64,000 nucleotides of DNA from Bacilli bacterium. Lineage in GTDB: Bacteria > Bacillota_I > Bacilli_A > ML615J-28 > CAG-698. The notes beneath the pieces are model-generated. The model was not told the DNA's origin, searched no databases, and saw only the letters and a list, made by a program, of their open reading frames with translations. This document shows positions 50,945-61,555 of this stretch, in pieces. How positions within the stretch are numbered: position 1 is the stretch's first letter; each line of letters begins with the position of its first letter. Position numbers and translations under genes: made by a program. The DNA lies in the NCBI GenBank assembly GCA_050953065.1, contig JBMNLZ010000003.1:224001-288000 (forward strand). Direction: 5' to 3'.

Positions 50945-51946
50945 TTACTCTGTAAAAGCAGTTATTACAGCTGAAAAAGCAAACTTCTTTACTGATTCAA
51001 CATTATTAAGGGCTGATTCTTTTGTTGTGAATGATTCACCTGAATAAATACCAGTACTTCCTGCCCCTCTTAAAATAAATCTAAACTTTCCAAACTTATC
51101 TTCTTCTATGAAAAAGTTCTCTCCAAAGACAGCTTTTTTAAAAGTTTCAATTCCTGCTTGTGCACCTGCTAAAGTTGTATATGGTCTACTTGTATAAAGT
51201 AGTTGGCCATTATTGGCAATCAAATAGAAGTGATATCCTTCTGGACCTTTTTCAAATTCATATTTTCCAAGTGGTTTAATATCTTGAGATAAGAATTTAT
51301 TATAAAAATCCTCATCAAAAGGTTTAATTTCTTTTTTTGTTTCTTCATATAGTTTTTCTTTTTCTGGATTAGATGCATAATGTAGTATTTGAGCATCAAA
51401 TGCAAATCTTTTAACTGAGTTAATACCATTCTCACAAGATGCTTTATTATCATAGTTCTCACCAATATATCTTTTACTTAAGATATATCTATAACGATTA
51501 AACTTATCTTTATAAACTACAAAGTCATCTTCTTCAACTGCTTTTTTAAAAGTATCAATTCCACTTAAGGCACCTTGTGCAGTAGTAAATGCATAACTGT
51601 CAAATAAGATTTGACCGTTACTTGCGATTAAAGTAAAGTGATATCCATCGCGTCTTAAAGTGATTTCATATTTACCTAAATATTTAGTTTGGTCTAGTTT
51701 TTTCTTTGAAGTAGTTTTTGGCTTTTTAGGTTTTGAAGTAGTTTCTACTTCTTTAGTAGGTATCTTTTCTACTATATCTTGTTTTTCTTCATCTTTGTTT
51801 GTTTCAGCATTAGATTTTAAAGCTTTCTTTTTTTTAGCTTTTTTCCCCATTACAATAAATAGTATTATAAAAAATATAACTCCTAAACCAATTTCAATAT
51901 ACAATTCATATTTTTCTATAAAATCAATAATTACTTGAAAATCCAT
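50945..51946 (-). CDS. Membrane-anchored protein with YegP/DUF1508 repeats
   Basis: Duplicated GKYE....GYHF.LIA.NGQ.L..S..YT...A..GI units after an N-terminal TM segment. Confidence 0.8.
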   Translation of the reverse strand: MDFQVIIDFIEKYELYIEIGLGVIFFIILFIVMGKKAKKKKALKSNAETNKDEEKQDIVEKIPTKEVETTSKPKKPKTTSKKKLDQTKYLGKYEITLRRDGYHFTLIASNGQILFDSYAFTTAQGALSGIDTFKKAVEEDDFVVYKDKFNRYRYILSKRYIGENYDNKASCENGINSVKRFAFDAQILHYASNPEKEKLYEETKKEIKPFDEDFYNKFLSQDIKPLGKYEFEKGPEGYHFYLIANNGQLLYTSRPYTTLAGAQAGIETFKKAVFGENFFIEEDKFGKFRFILRGAGSTGIYSGESFTTKESALNNVESVKKFAFSAVITAFTE

Positions 51947-52070
51947 ATTTGTTCCTTTCCTAATTTATGAATATTTTATCACCTATTATATAATATCAAA
52001 TATTCATACATTTAACAATTAAAAAGCTTTTTAATAAAAAAAAGTTTTAAATTATCATTTTTAAAATAAG

Positions 52071-52262
52071 TTATTTTTGTCTTTTAAAAACACAAATAAG
52101 TGATGCACTGCTTCCATAATCTTTATTTGAAGTTGCAACAGTAACTAGTTCCCAGCCTTGAGAACCATATTTGTTTAATTCTTTTTCAATTTCATCCGAA
52201 TTAAATTTTCCACCTCGAAAAGATTTTGTTTCTTTAATTACAATTGTTTTATATTCCCACAT
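52071..52262 (-). CDS. DUF4177-family small protein
   Basis: WEYKT...LNKYGSQGWELV...FKR. Confidence 0.8.
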   Translation of the reverse strand: MWEYKTIVIKETKSFRGGKFNSDEIEKELNKYGSQGWELVTVATSNKDYGSSASLICVFKRQK

Positions 52263-52350
52263 AAGTTTAACCCCTTTTATAATTATCTTTAATAGCATTT
52301 TATCATTTTTAGAAGTTTTTTACAATCCTTTAAATCCTAATAAAAAAGTT

Positions 52351-52376
52351 TAAGTGCTTGCTAATGCAAGCACTTA
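52351..52376. terminator. Hairpin after the DUF2130 gene
   Basis: TAAGTGCTTGC-TAAT-GCAAGCACTTA perfect 11-bp stem. Confidence 0.55.
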
Positions 52377-52379
52377 TGG

Positions 52380-53609
52380 TTATTTATCATTTAGTTTATC
52401 AATTTTACGAGCTATTTTTTTAATATCAAATCTTTCAATCTTAACTTTAATTTCAGATATCTTATTTGAAATTATTTTATCAGCTAATCCAACTATCTTA
52501 TATGAAGCCTCATATGCTTTGTTGGCTTCTTTTTTAATATCTTCAACATCTTTTTCTAAAGATGCAAGTGGTTTATCAAGATATGTAGTTTTAAAGTTTT
52601 CAAACTCTTGAATAATACTTTGAGTTTCTTTAAAGTTTTCATCTGCTATTTTTCTTTCAATTAGTAGGTTTTGGTATTTACTAGCCAGTGACTTTATTAA
52701 AGATAAAAAACTTATAAAGTAAGCTGGTCTTACCATATACATGTTTTCATATTCTGCAATCTTTTTAATTGGAGGATCATTTACCATGTCCCATTCTAAC
52801 TCACTAATTAATAAAGCATATTGGCAATTTTTTTTGATTCTATCTTGATCTAACTTTTTATAATGTTCTGAGTTTTTTGTTTTAGTTTTTGTTTCTGGAG
52901 ACTCTGTCTTCATCTCGCAACAAACAGCTAAGATTTTATCTGTTGGATTTTTTTTACTATCTGTATATACTTCAAAGATATAATCTCCTTTAGTAGCTTT
53001 TTCATCAGGAGTATCTCTTATAGCTTTAGTATCTTTATACCATTTACAGTTAGTAAAACCTGATAAAGCGTATGATTCATATTCAGCATTGCACCATTTT
53101 TCAAGTTCTTCACCTAAAACTTTTGTTTGAAGATTAGTTTTAGCTAATCTTAATTGAGCAAGTTCTAAATCTTTTTGAGAAACTTCTTCAGTATGTTGTT
53201 GTTTAAGTTTAGCTAATTCTTTATCTAATTCTAATTTATTAAGATCATCTTTTGATTTTAACTTTTCTTCTAGTAAACGGATTGCTAAATCTTTTTCAGA
53301 AAGAATTTTATCTTGAGAAGATTTTAGATTCTCAATTGCTTTATCTTTTTCTTCTTTTAATAAACTATATTCTTTATTAAGTTTTTTCTCTAGTTCATTT
53401 AATGCATTTTTTGTTTCTAGTTCCTGCTGTTTTCTTTCTTGTGCTAATAATGCATTATATGTTTCATCTTGTTTATTTTTAATTGCTGTAAGAATTGCAG
53501 TATTATCTACTGTTTGAAGTTCTTTTAAATCTATAGTATCTCCAACTTCACCTTTTTCTTCTAATTTTAAGGTAAAGGGATTTACTATACTTACTTTAAT
53601 TTTAGCCAT
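52380..53609 (-). CDS. DUF2130-family coiled-coil protein
   Basis: Coiled coil followed by GEELEKWC, KGDYIF, EMKTE and YALLISELE (PD-(D/E)xK-like). Confidence 0.8.
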   Translation of the reverse strand: MAKIKVSIVNPFTLKLEEKGEVGDTIDLKELQTVDNTAILTAIKNKQDETYNALLAQERKQQELETKNALNELEKKLNKEYSLLKEEKDKAIENLKSSQDKILSEKDLAIRLLEEKLKSKDDLNKLELDKELAKLKQQHTEEVSQKDLELAQLRLAKTNLQTKVLGEELEKWCNAEYESYALSGFTNCKWYKDTKAIRDTPDEKATKGDYIFEVYTDSKKNPTDKILAVCCEMKTESPETKTKTKNSEHYKKLDQDRIKKNCQYALLISELEWDMVNDPPIKKIAEYENMYMVRPAYFISFLSLIKSLASKYQNLLIERKIADENFKETQSIIQEFENFKTTYLDKPLASLEKDVEDIKKEANKAYEASYKIVGLADKIISNKISEIKVKIERFDIKKIARKIDKLNDK

Positions 53610-53674
53610 ATTATGCTCCTTTTTTAATATTTTAATTAATTAAAATTAAAACTTGTTTTCAAAAAACACACAAT

Positions 53675-54463
53675 CTACTTTTTCTTTGACGTAGTTTTAA
53701 TCATTTTACTTTCATCTAGATTATAAACTGTGTCATCAATAGATATTTTAATTATGATATCTTCTATCAGTTCCCAAGTAGTTTGATTTTTGATATTCGC
53801 AGATTTTTTATTCTCATCAAAATAACTACATTCATCTAATTCTTTTATAAATTGTCTTCTAATTTCTGGTCTTAAATGCAGACTAAAATTTAATAGATTA
53901 GCATGTAACGACGAACGCCTCTCATTATTGATTATACAGTCTTTAAACTTAAGGTAATTTAAAAGAAATCTATTGTGACTGATGGCATTTCTTAATTCAA
54001 GAATTGCCTTAAGATTTAGTGATTCAAAATGCACACAACTAAATAAATTCGACTTATCTTCTTCCTTTAATGATATCACTTGGTCAATAAGTTCGCTAAA
54101 CAAAATATCATCTAGACAACTAGTTAAATTATTTTCTTTTTCTAATTTTTTTGTAATAGGCTTAATCCAATTAACTAATTCTAATTGATCTGAGTATTTA
54201 TTGGCAATATATGCACGTAAATATTCTTCAAATAATCCCATATATTTATAAAGAACTTTTCTTATTCTTTTGTCATATCTATATGCAGATGCAATTTCAG
54301 AATATTTAACTTTACCAGATTTCATACTAGATAAATAATTGAATATAGAAAAATGCAATCCTACTCCTTTAAGTTCACAATAATATTTTGCCTTTTCAAT
54401 CTCTTCTGCTTTTATTTCAATCTCATTTAAAAAATCAGTAAAGGTCATATCTATCAACCTCAC
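53675..54463 (-). CDS. Abi-family (AbiD/AbiF-like) HEPN protein
   Basis: YRYDKRIR..L...GLFE..LR and LRNAISHNR (RxxxxH); GTG start overlaps the upstream TGA. Confidence 0.7.
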   Translation of the reverse strand: MRLIDMTFTDFLNEIEIKAEEIEKAKYYCELKGVGLHFSIFNYLSSMKSGKVKYSEIASAYRYDKRIRKVLYKYMGLFEEYLRAYIANKYSDQLELVNWIKPITKKLEKENNLTSCLDDILFSELIDQVISLKEEDKSNLFSCVHFESLNLKAILELRNAISHNRFLLNYLKFKDCIINNERRSSLHANLLNFSLHLRPEIRRQFIKELDECSYFDENKKSANIKNQTTWELIEDIIIKISIDDTVYNLDESKMIKTTSKKK

Positions 54464-55074
54464 TTATAAAATTCATTAATAGTTTCTAAAAATATAGAAA
54501 AAGACCTTGTTTGATCATTTCTTCTAAGATGCATATTTTTAAGTTCAAGATATCTTTTTTTAAATAAAAGCCAATATCCTTTTTCTTTAATGACTTTAAA
54601 TTTAAGCATATAATCCTTGGATTGTTTCACCTCATTCCAAATATATCTATTGCTAAACTTATCAAATATCAACTTATAATAATTTCCGTTGTTTCCTTCT
54701 TTTATAATTGCAACATCAAATGAAAAATATAATTTATTATCATATAGTAACTTTGATGTTATTACAGATGTTGAGTCTTGTGCGTATTTAAAACCATATT
54801 CAGAATTTACATTATTAAACGCATTGAGAAATATCTGTTTAATCTTATCTGGACTAGATAGCAAATTTTTTTTATCCTTTTGTAAAAAAATATTGTAATC
54901 TAAATCAAATTCTCCGCTTTCACCGTTTTTAGTCAATAATCTTTTTTCTCCACTACCTATTAACCTAAAGTCAAAAGAAAAATATTCTTTAACTTCATTT
55001 TGAACATTTAATATTATCTCTTCACAAACTTTTGTTAATATTTGTCTTTCATCTTTTTCAATATAAATATACAT
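54460..55074 (-). CDS. Small Pol-beta-superfamily nucleotidyltransferase (SMODS/CD-NTase-like)
   Basis: LIGSG-x-FDLDY and a third Asp in SFDVAI, with DSTSVIT in between. Confidence 0.65.
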   Translation of the reverse strand: MYIYIEKDERQILTKVCEEIILNVQNEVKEYFSFDFRLIGSGEKRLLTKNGESGEFDLDYNIFLQKDKKNLLSSPDKIKQIFLNAFNNVNSEYGFKYAQDSTSVITSKLLYDNKLYFSFDVAIIKEGNNGNYYKLIFDKFSNRYIWNEVKQSKDYMLKFKVIKEKGYWLLFKKRYLELKNMHLRRNDQTRSFSIFLETINEFYK

Positions 55075-55559
55075 AAATTTAATCTCCCTCTTTATGTGTT
55101 CAGAAAAAATAAGTTCAATTCAAAATAAATTTTAGTGTTCTATCGTCTCCAAACTAACTTTCTTATGCGTTTTACCGATTTTATAAACTATAAATATACA
55201 CTGATTATATCACATTCGCACAAAAAATTCATCTTATTATTTGAATTACACAAACCATTTTGTTCGCACACACATTCTAGTATACACGAACAAAAAAAAT
55301 AATCGCATTTTTAATATCCCTTGAATTTTCTGGTGAATCAATGTTTTATCTTCAAACAATTCAAGTCCTTAAAAAGAGAGCCTCGTAATATTTTAATTTT
55401 TCAAAAAATAAGTTTTTTTTGGTTTTTATTTTGGGATTATTGAAAATCGTCCCCTACAATTAAATATATAAAAATAAGTTTTGTATTAATATCATTACTC
55501 TTTACTTTTTTTCTTAAGAGATTTCATATCATAATTTATTGTCTCACCCATTTTACATT

Positions 55560-56035
55560 CTTTAAGGTTATAGAAACACTTCCTTATACTCCAAATGACT
55601 GTTTAATTTTATTAAGTTCATCTTCTAAAGAACTTTGTTTTATAAAAATATCTTCCATATTTTTTTAATACTAAGATATATACAATCATCACTATAAACA
55701 AAATAAATCCAAACAAGAACATCGGTTTTACATTCAAATTAATTGTAGTTTTCCCTCCTGTGCTTGCTGTCGCTTTAATTTCATAATATTTTTGTACTCC
55801 ATCTTCTTCACTAAAAGCATCATATTTTCTATCCTTTCCCTCATATTTTTTTAAGCCCAGCGACATCCTAACTAAACTCTCTAAAAATAAGTTAGGTGTA
55901 AGCACATTTTGGCAATGACAAAAATTTTTTATGTTTTAAGCAAAATTTTTCAACATTTTTAAATATTTCAAAGCTGTTTTTTTATCAAACTTTTTCACAA
56001 TTTTCTTCAAATAATTTTCATCAACATAAGTCTTT
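55560..56035 (-). pseudogene. Degraded PD-(D/E)xK nuclease-like gene
   Basis: YDA...YYEIKAT in ORF 55618..55905; flanking coding-like sequence contains stops and frame changes; boundaries approximate. Confidence 0.45.
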
Positions 56036-56087
56036 TTGCTTTAACTATAATTTATTGTTTTTTGTTTTTGTAATTCTCAACTTGAAT

Positions 56088-57590
56088 TTATATTTTATTT
56101 GATAATTTTAAAATATCTAATATCTCTTTCATTAATTTTTCATTATTATAAACTACTATTGCTAGCTTTTCTCTAACTCTAGTAAGTCCTTGATAAAGCA
56201 TTTTCTCATATAAATAATCCGGATTGGGGTGTTTAGTAGATTTCAGTACATTCTTTTCGTAATAATACATTTCACCCATTGTCATTACAACATTATCAAA
56301 CTCTTGTCCAATAACTCTATGAGAATTATTGACCTCATTATACACAATGGAGTTAGTTTTATGATAAGCCGAAGGCGTATAAGCAATATATTTAAAATTA
56401 TAATTTTCTTCTAAGAATTTAACAATTTTGTCAGCTTTTTGAAGTGTTTCTCCATAAAATATATAAATGTTTTTGTAATTATTATATGATGAATCTTTTG
56501 TTTTGTTAAATAATTTTTTAATAAACGATGCTATTTCTTTGTTTGTCCTAATTTTATTTGACAGCTTAAATATCCCATTTGTCCCACAAAGTGCTATAAT
56601 TTTTTCAGAAATTTTTCTATAGTCTTCCGCTTTTGATAACGTTTGTGACTTATCAAACGAAAAAATCGCAAACGCATCAGTTTTATTAATCCAATTAATA
56701 ACTTTTTTTAGCTGATCCAAATAAATTCTATGAGTTTCATCTATTAAAACAGCCTGCCATTCTTTTATTTCTCTATATTTTAAAGATTTTACCTCAACAA
56801 TATCTATATTATTACACGCATTGTTTAAAAAATGCTGCCCCTCATTTAACAACCCACAATGAATTATACCTACTTTAAATAATTTTGATAAGATTATAGC
56901 TAAATCATATAATAACAATGTTTTTCCAGTTCCAGGGTTGCCAGTAATCCCAAAAAATTTTTTATTTTTATCTACCCCTTCTAATATTTTATGTCTTATT
57001 TCATCTTGCTGAACTGTTAAAAAATATTGATGGTCAAGAAATTTTTCTGGTGTATTAAAAGGGGAAATCAAGAAATTTGAAGCTTGAAAAAAATTATTTA
57101 TCTCTATTGAATAATTTGTTATAAATTCATTTAAAACATTTTTTAATTCTTCAAAATTCGCCATTTTTAAAATATCATCTGAATATTTATATAGTTTTTT
57201 CGTATTTTGCACAAAACAAAAAAGATATTTTTTGCCTTTAAAAACATTAAAATATAATAAGTTTTTAGATAACTGTTGTTTAATAGTATCTATAGAAGCA
57301 ATTTTTGACTTAAGTTCAATGTTTAGAATACTATCACCTTTAATTTTTATCAAATCAAACTCTTTGCCTATTTGAGGAATAGAATATGAATAAAAAAAAC
57401 CATCAAAAATTTTTCTTTGTAGATTTAAACATTCCAAAAATGAAATCAAAGATTGAATTTCTTCATCTTTTATTGTTTTATTTGTATCAAAATCACAAAT
57501 ATATTTTATATATTCATCTCTTATTTCAGCATTACTTATTGAAATAACATCACATAAATTTACCGCTCTCAATTTGGCTCCCCCACGCAT
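56088..57590 (-). CDS. DUF2075 (Schlafen group 3-like) SF1 helicase with N-terminal PD-(D/E)xK-like domain
   Basis: EFDL...NIELKS; GNPGTGKT, IDETHR, IGQEFD and YQGLTR motifs. Confidence 0.8.
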   Translation of the reverse strand: MRGGAKLRAVNLCDVISISNAEIRDEYIKYICDFDTNKTIKDEEIQSLISFLECLNLQRKIFDGFFYSYSIPQIGKEFDLIKIKGDSILNIELKSKIASIDTIKQQLSKNLLYFNVFKGKKYLFCFVQNTKKLYKYSDDILKMANFEELKNVLNEFITNYSIEINNFFQASNFLISPFNTPEKFLDHQYFLTVQQDEIRHKILEGVDKNKKFFGITGNPGTGKTLLLYDLAIILSKLFKVGIIHCGLLNEGQHFLNNACNNIDIVEVKSLKYREIKEWQAVLIDETHRIYLDQLKKVINWINKTDAFAIFSFDKSQTLSKAEDYRKISEKIIALCGTNGIFKLSNKIRTNKEIASFIKKLFNKTKDSSYNNYKNIYIFYGETLQKADKIVKFLEENYNFKYIAYTPSAYHKTNSIVYNEVNNSHRVIGQEFDNVVMTMGEMYYYEKNVLKSTKHPNPDYLYEKMLYQGLTRVREKLAIVVYNNEKLMKEILDILKLSNKI

Positions 57591-57624
57591 TTAGATTTTT
57601 CATAAGATATGTTTGCTCAATTTT

Positions 57625-60600
57625 CTACATCATAAACTCAGCTTGTTTAATCACAGTTTGAATGGCGTCTTCTGTATATTCTGGTGGATAATTATACTTT
57701 TTCAAAAGTCTTTTTATCTCTCTTCTCATTTTAGCTTGTGTTGATTTTTTCTTTGACCAATCAGTTGTTGCATATTCTTCTACAATATCTTTTAACTCAT
57801 GTGCTATGCATTTTAATGTTTCATCAGTTAACAACTCATAAGCACTCTTATTGTTTATTAAAGCATCATAAAATGCTCGCTCTCTACCTGATAAACCTTT
57901 TGCAAGTGCAGCGTCTTCATCTGCTACAACTTCTTGAGCAAAGTCAATAATTCTAATAATTGTGTCTGTTGTATCAAAGTTATAATCACGATTGTGATAT
58001 TTTTCTAAAATATTTCTTAGTTTTTCGCTATATTGTTGAGCTTTAAATAAATTTGTTTTTCTGCTTTCAGCAATAACTTGTCTTAACAAATTTTCTATTA
58101 TCCTTAAAAAGATATGTGGTGGATTAGATTTTTTAATCTCCTCAATTTTTTCAGGTCTTAATAAATCTATTAAGGAACCTCCTTCTTTCTCACCAATTTT
58201 TGTTAAAACTTTTACTTCATCACCTTTTATTGCATCTGCAACAAGTTCAGCGACTTGCTCGTTAATATCACCAACCCCCATTGGACCTTTACCTACGTCA
58301 AGTTTTAATATATAACTTCTAATTGAAAGATAATATTGTACAATTAAATGGTCTTCTTTTTCTAGCGTGCCTGCACATATAATATAGGCATGCTTTAAAT
58401 CTAAAGATAAACTTAGATAGTCTTTTTTTAAATTTTCATTTCTCAAAATAAAATTAGCACCATCTTGAATAACACTAAATCTTTCTTTAGAAGATTCTGA
58501 ATTAAATTTAGTTATATCGATTTGATAAAACCATTCATTTAAAATTGATAGTTTTTCTTTTAGAATTGTTAGTGCTACATCACGAATGTCCTTTAAGTTT
58601 AATTCTTTATCGCGAGCTGTATATTTATCTAATGCCTCTTCTAATGGTTTTGCTAAGCCAATATAGTCAACAACTAACCCTGATTCTTTGCCAGGGAAAA
58701 CTCTATTAACTCTAGCAATTGCTTGCATTAAATTATGACCTTTCATTTTTTTGAATAAATACATCACATCTAAATCAGGAACATCAAAACCAGTAAGCCA
58801 CATATCAACCACTATTGCAATTTTAATAGAACCATTTTCTAGTTTAAATTCCTTAGCCATATTTTCTCTGTGCAGAGAATTTTTAAATAGTTTTCTAGTT
58901 TCTTCATCATCTTTATTACTCTCAGTAACTACTATAGCCAATATATCCTTATACTCGGGTTTGATTGCTAGCATTTCTTTATAAAGAATAGCAGCAGCTT
59001 TTCTAGTAGGCATTACAATCATTGCTTTACCATTCAAGAATTTTTTTCTTGTTTCATAATGTTTTATAATATCTGTAGCAAGCAATTGTATTAAATCCCT
59101 ATCTTCTAAAATAACTTTAATACTACTCATTCTTCTTTTAGATTCTTCTATAGCTGCATCGCTAACACCTTTTTCTTCTAAACCTTCATAAAAGTCATCT
59201 ATTTTGTTTAATAGTGCATCATCTGTCCATACCCTTGCAAGACGTCCTTCATAAAATATTTTAACAGTTGCTCCATCATTTACTGATTGTGTCATATCAT
59301 ATGTGTCAATAATTTCTCCATATATATCAGCAGTTGATTTGTCAAGCGTAGTAATTGGAGTTCCTGTAAAACCTATAAACGTTGCATTAGGAAGTGACTC
59401 TCTGATATATTTTTCAATACCATAAGAAACAACCATTTCTAATTCTTTTGTTTGTTCATTTTCTTGATAACTAATTTTTTCATATAATCCATAATGACCT
59501 CTATGTGCTTCATCAGCCATCACTATTATATTTGAACGATCATTTATATGAATATTATCTTTATCAAATTTTTGAATAGTTGAAAAGATTATTCCTCCTT
59601 GTTTAGTATATACAAGTTTTTCAAGCAAATCTTCTCTTGAAGTAACTTTAATCGGTGTGCATCTTAAATACGTGCTCGCACTAGAAAACGTATTAAACAA
59701 TTGATCATCTAAATCATTTCTATCTGTCAAAACAATTATAGTTGGATTTACGTATTCTTTACTAGTTATTAGTCTATGGGCTAACATCACCATTGAATAA
59801 CTTTTCCCGCTTCCTTGAGTATGCCACAAAATTCCAGCTTTACCATCACCTTGAGGTTTTAAAGCATATTTAATCCTATCCATAGCTTTTTTAACACCAA
59901 AATACTGATGATATTGAGCCATTATTTTAACATTTTTATTTTTGTCTTTATTGATGAAAAAGATGTTGTTTTTAATAACATCTAATAATCTTTCTTGTTT
60001 TAATAAACCTTCTATTAAAACATTTAACTTATATGCATAGTCATCTTTATATCCTAATTCACCATTAATACTTTTCCATTCATTATATCTATCAAATTTA
60101 GACGTTAAAACGCCAACTTTTGAGTTGGCACCATCACTTATGATATTAAAAGCATTATAATTAAAAAGAGTTGGTATATCATATCTATATCCATCATTTT
60201 CAGAGTTCCCTCCTAATTGATGGTATGCATCTTCTAATAATGTTCCATTTAAACTTTCAAATGATTTTAGTTCCATTACAACTAAAGGAAGTCCATTAAC
60301 AAAAATAATAACATCTGGAATCCTAGCACTTCTATTAGAAAACTCTTTAAATTTAATTTGATTAGCGATCTCAAATTTATTATTACCAATATTTTCAAAA
60401 TCAACTAATTTTATTAAAGGATTAACATCGCTCTCATAATCTTCCACAGTAATCCCATCTATTAAAAAATGATAAAATATTTTATTTCTTTCAAACAACG
60501 ACGGATGATCAATTCGTTTGATAATACGAATTGCTTCTGCTAAGTTCTTTATATTTAATCCTTTATTGATTTTAATTAATTGCTCTAATAATATTTCTTC

Positions 60601-60720
60601 ATTAATAAAGTCGGATAGTTTTCTTTCTTGAACCCATTTATTATTATCACTAATATAAGAATATCCTACATTTATAAGTGATTCAATTATTGTTTTTTCA
60701 ATATCACTCTCATAAAACAT
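57625..60720 (-). CDS. hsdR: Type I restriction enzyme R subunit
   Basis: PD..IFVNGLPLVVMELKS, WHTQGSGKS, DEAHR, FTGTP, MWLTGFD and QAIARVNR motifs. Confidence 0.95.
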   Translation of the reverse strand: MFYESDIEKTIIESLINVGYSYISDNNKWVQERKLSDFINEEILLEQLIKINKGLNIKNLAEAIRIIKRIDHPSLFERNKIFYHFLIDGITVEDYESDVNPLIKLVDFENIGNNKFEIANQIKFKEFSNRSARIPDVIIFVNGLPLVVMELKSFESLNGTLLEDAYHQLGGNSENDGYRYDIPTLFNYNAFNIISDGANSKVGVLTSKFDRYNEWKSINGELGYKDDYAYKLNVLIEGLLKQERLLDVIKNNIFFINKDKNKNVKIMAQYHQYFGVKKAMDRIKYALKPQGDGKAGILWHTQGSGKSYSMVMLAHRLITSKEYVNPTIIVLTDRNDLDDQLFNTFSSASTYLRCTPIKVTSREDLLEKLVYTKQGGIIFSTIQKFDKDNIHINDRSNIIVMADEAHRGHYGLYEKISYQENEQTKELEMVVSYGIEKYIRESLPNATFIGFTGTPITTLDKSTADIYGEIIDTYDMTQSVNDGATVKIFYEGRLARVWTDDALLNKIDDFYEGLEEKGVSDAAIEESKRRMSSIKVILEDRDLIQLLATDIIKHYETRKKFLNGKAMIVMPTRKAAAILYKEMLAIKPEYKDILAIVVTESNKDDEETRKLFKNSLHRENMAKEFKLENGSIKIAIVVDMWLTGFDVPDLDVMYLFKKMKGHNLMQAIARVNRVFPGKESGLVVDYIGLAKPLEEALDKYTARDKELNLKDIRDVALTILKEKLSILNEWFYQIDITKFNSESSKERFSVIQDGANFILRNENLKKDYLSLSLDLKHAYIICAGTLEKEDHLIVQYYLSIRSYILKLDVGKGPMGVGDINEQVAELVADAIKGDEVKVLTKIGEKEGGSLIDLLRPEKIEEIKKSNPPHIFLRIIENLLRQVIAESRKTNLFKAQQYSEKLRNILEKYHNRDYNFDTTDTIIRIIDFAQEVVADEDAALAKGLSGRERAFYDALINNKSAYELLTDETLKCIAHELKDIVEEYATTDWSKKKSTQAKMRREIKRLLKKYNYPPEYTEDAIQTVIKQAEFMM

Positions 60721-60802
60721 AAATAAACTTCGCTCCCTTTTTATAAAATTATATCATAATTAGATGTTCATTACAATTTTTTATTAAACTTTTATAAAGA
60801 AA

Positions 60803-60836
60803 ACATAGTTGACACTATAGGAAGTATTGATGATTT
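60803..60836 (+). repeat. hsdS recombination repeat 1
   Basis: ACATAGTTGACACTATAGGAAGTATTGATGATTT, an exact 34-bp inverted copy of 63002..63035. Confidence 0.9.
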
Positions 60837-61482
60837 GATAGAAAATTTAAATATTATTAATCATAAAATTTATAATCTAATACAAGGAATTTTTAATAAA
60901 TACACAATAAATCTAGAGAAAATAAGAATTGGAGATTTATCAGGATATTCAATAATCAAATCTGGAATTGATGATTTTGATGGTAAAAAAATATATTTAG
61001 ATACCGCCTCAGTTAATAATGACAAAATTGAATCAACTGATTATATTATAACTATTAATGATAGACCATCCAGAGCAAACATGCAACCAATACCAAATTC
61101 TATTTGGTTCGCAAAATTAAAAGACAGTCCAAAATTTATATATGTTAGAGAGTTTATGAGAGACATATTAGAAAATTATATTTTTTCTACAGGCTTTATG
61201 GGATTAATTTGCGAAAATTCTTATTTTTCTAATTATATGTATTCATTAGTAACCAGTAAACAATTTGATGTAAATAAAAACACACTATCTATAGGTGCAA
61301 CTATGCAAGGAATTAACAATGATTCATTTAAAGAAATATTGGTCCCTAATACAAATCAAGAATTAATGTGCATTATAGGGAAAGAACTTGAACCAAAAAT
61401 TCAATTAATATATTATAATAAGAAAAAAATCGAAAAATTAACTTTTTTAAAAAATAATTACTTAAAAAAGTTCTTTGGATAA
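60805..61482 (+). CDS. hsdS: Silent hsdS 3' half (alternative C-terminal TRD cassette)
   Basis: Begins in frame at the repeat (IVDTIGSIDDLIE); RPSRA and GATMQGIN motifs; ends LKKFFG like the full hsdS; no RBS of its own evident. Confidence 0.85.
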   Translation: MVDTIGSIDDLIENLNIINHKIYNLIQGIFNKYTINLEKIRIGDLSGYSIIKSGIDDFDGKKIYLDTASVNNDKIESTDYIITINDRPSRANMQPIPNSIWFAKLKDSPKFIYVREFMRDILENYIFSTGFMGLICENSYFSNYMYSLVTSKQFDVNKNTLSIGATMQGINNDSFKEILVPNTNQELMCIIGKELEPKIQLIYYNKKKIEKLTFLKNNYLKKFFG

Positions 61483-61555
61483 TAACACCAAAGAACTTTT
61501 TTTGTTAATTTTTTGCTAATATAATATATAAATACTATAGGGGGTATATTTATAT

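Noticed and set aside
5957-58984. Short ORF-track entries antisense to or nested in long genes (e.g. 5957..6175, 26437..26790, 45371..45661, 51660..51938, 52354..52611, 58751..58984)
   Set aside because: Shadow ORFs overlapping well-supported genes, with no RBS or recognisable motifs
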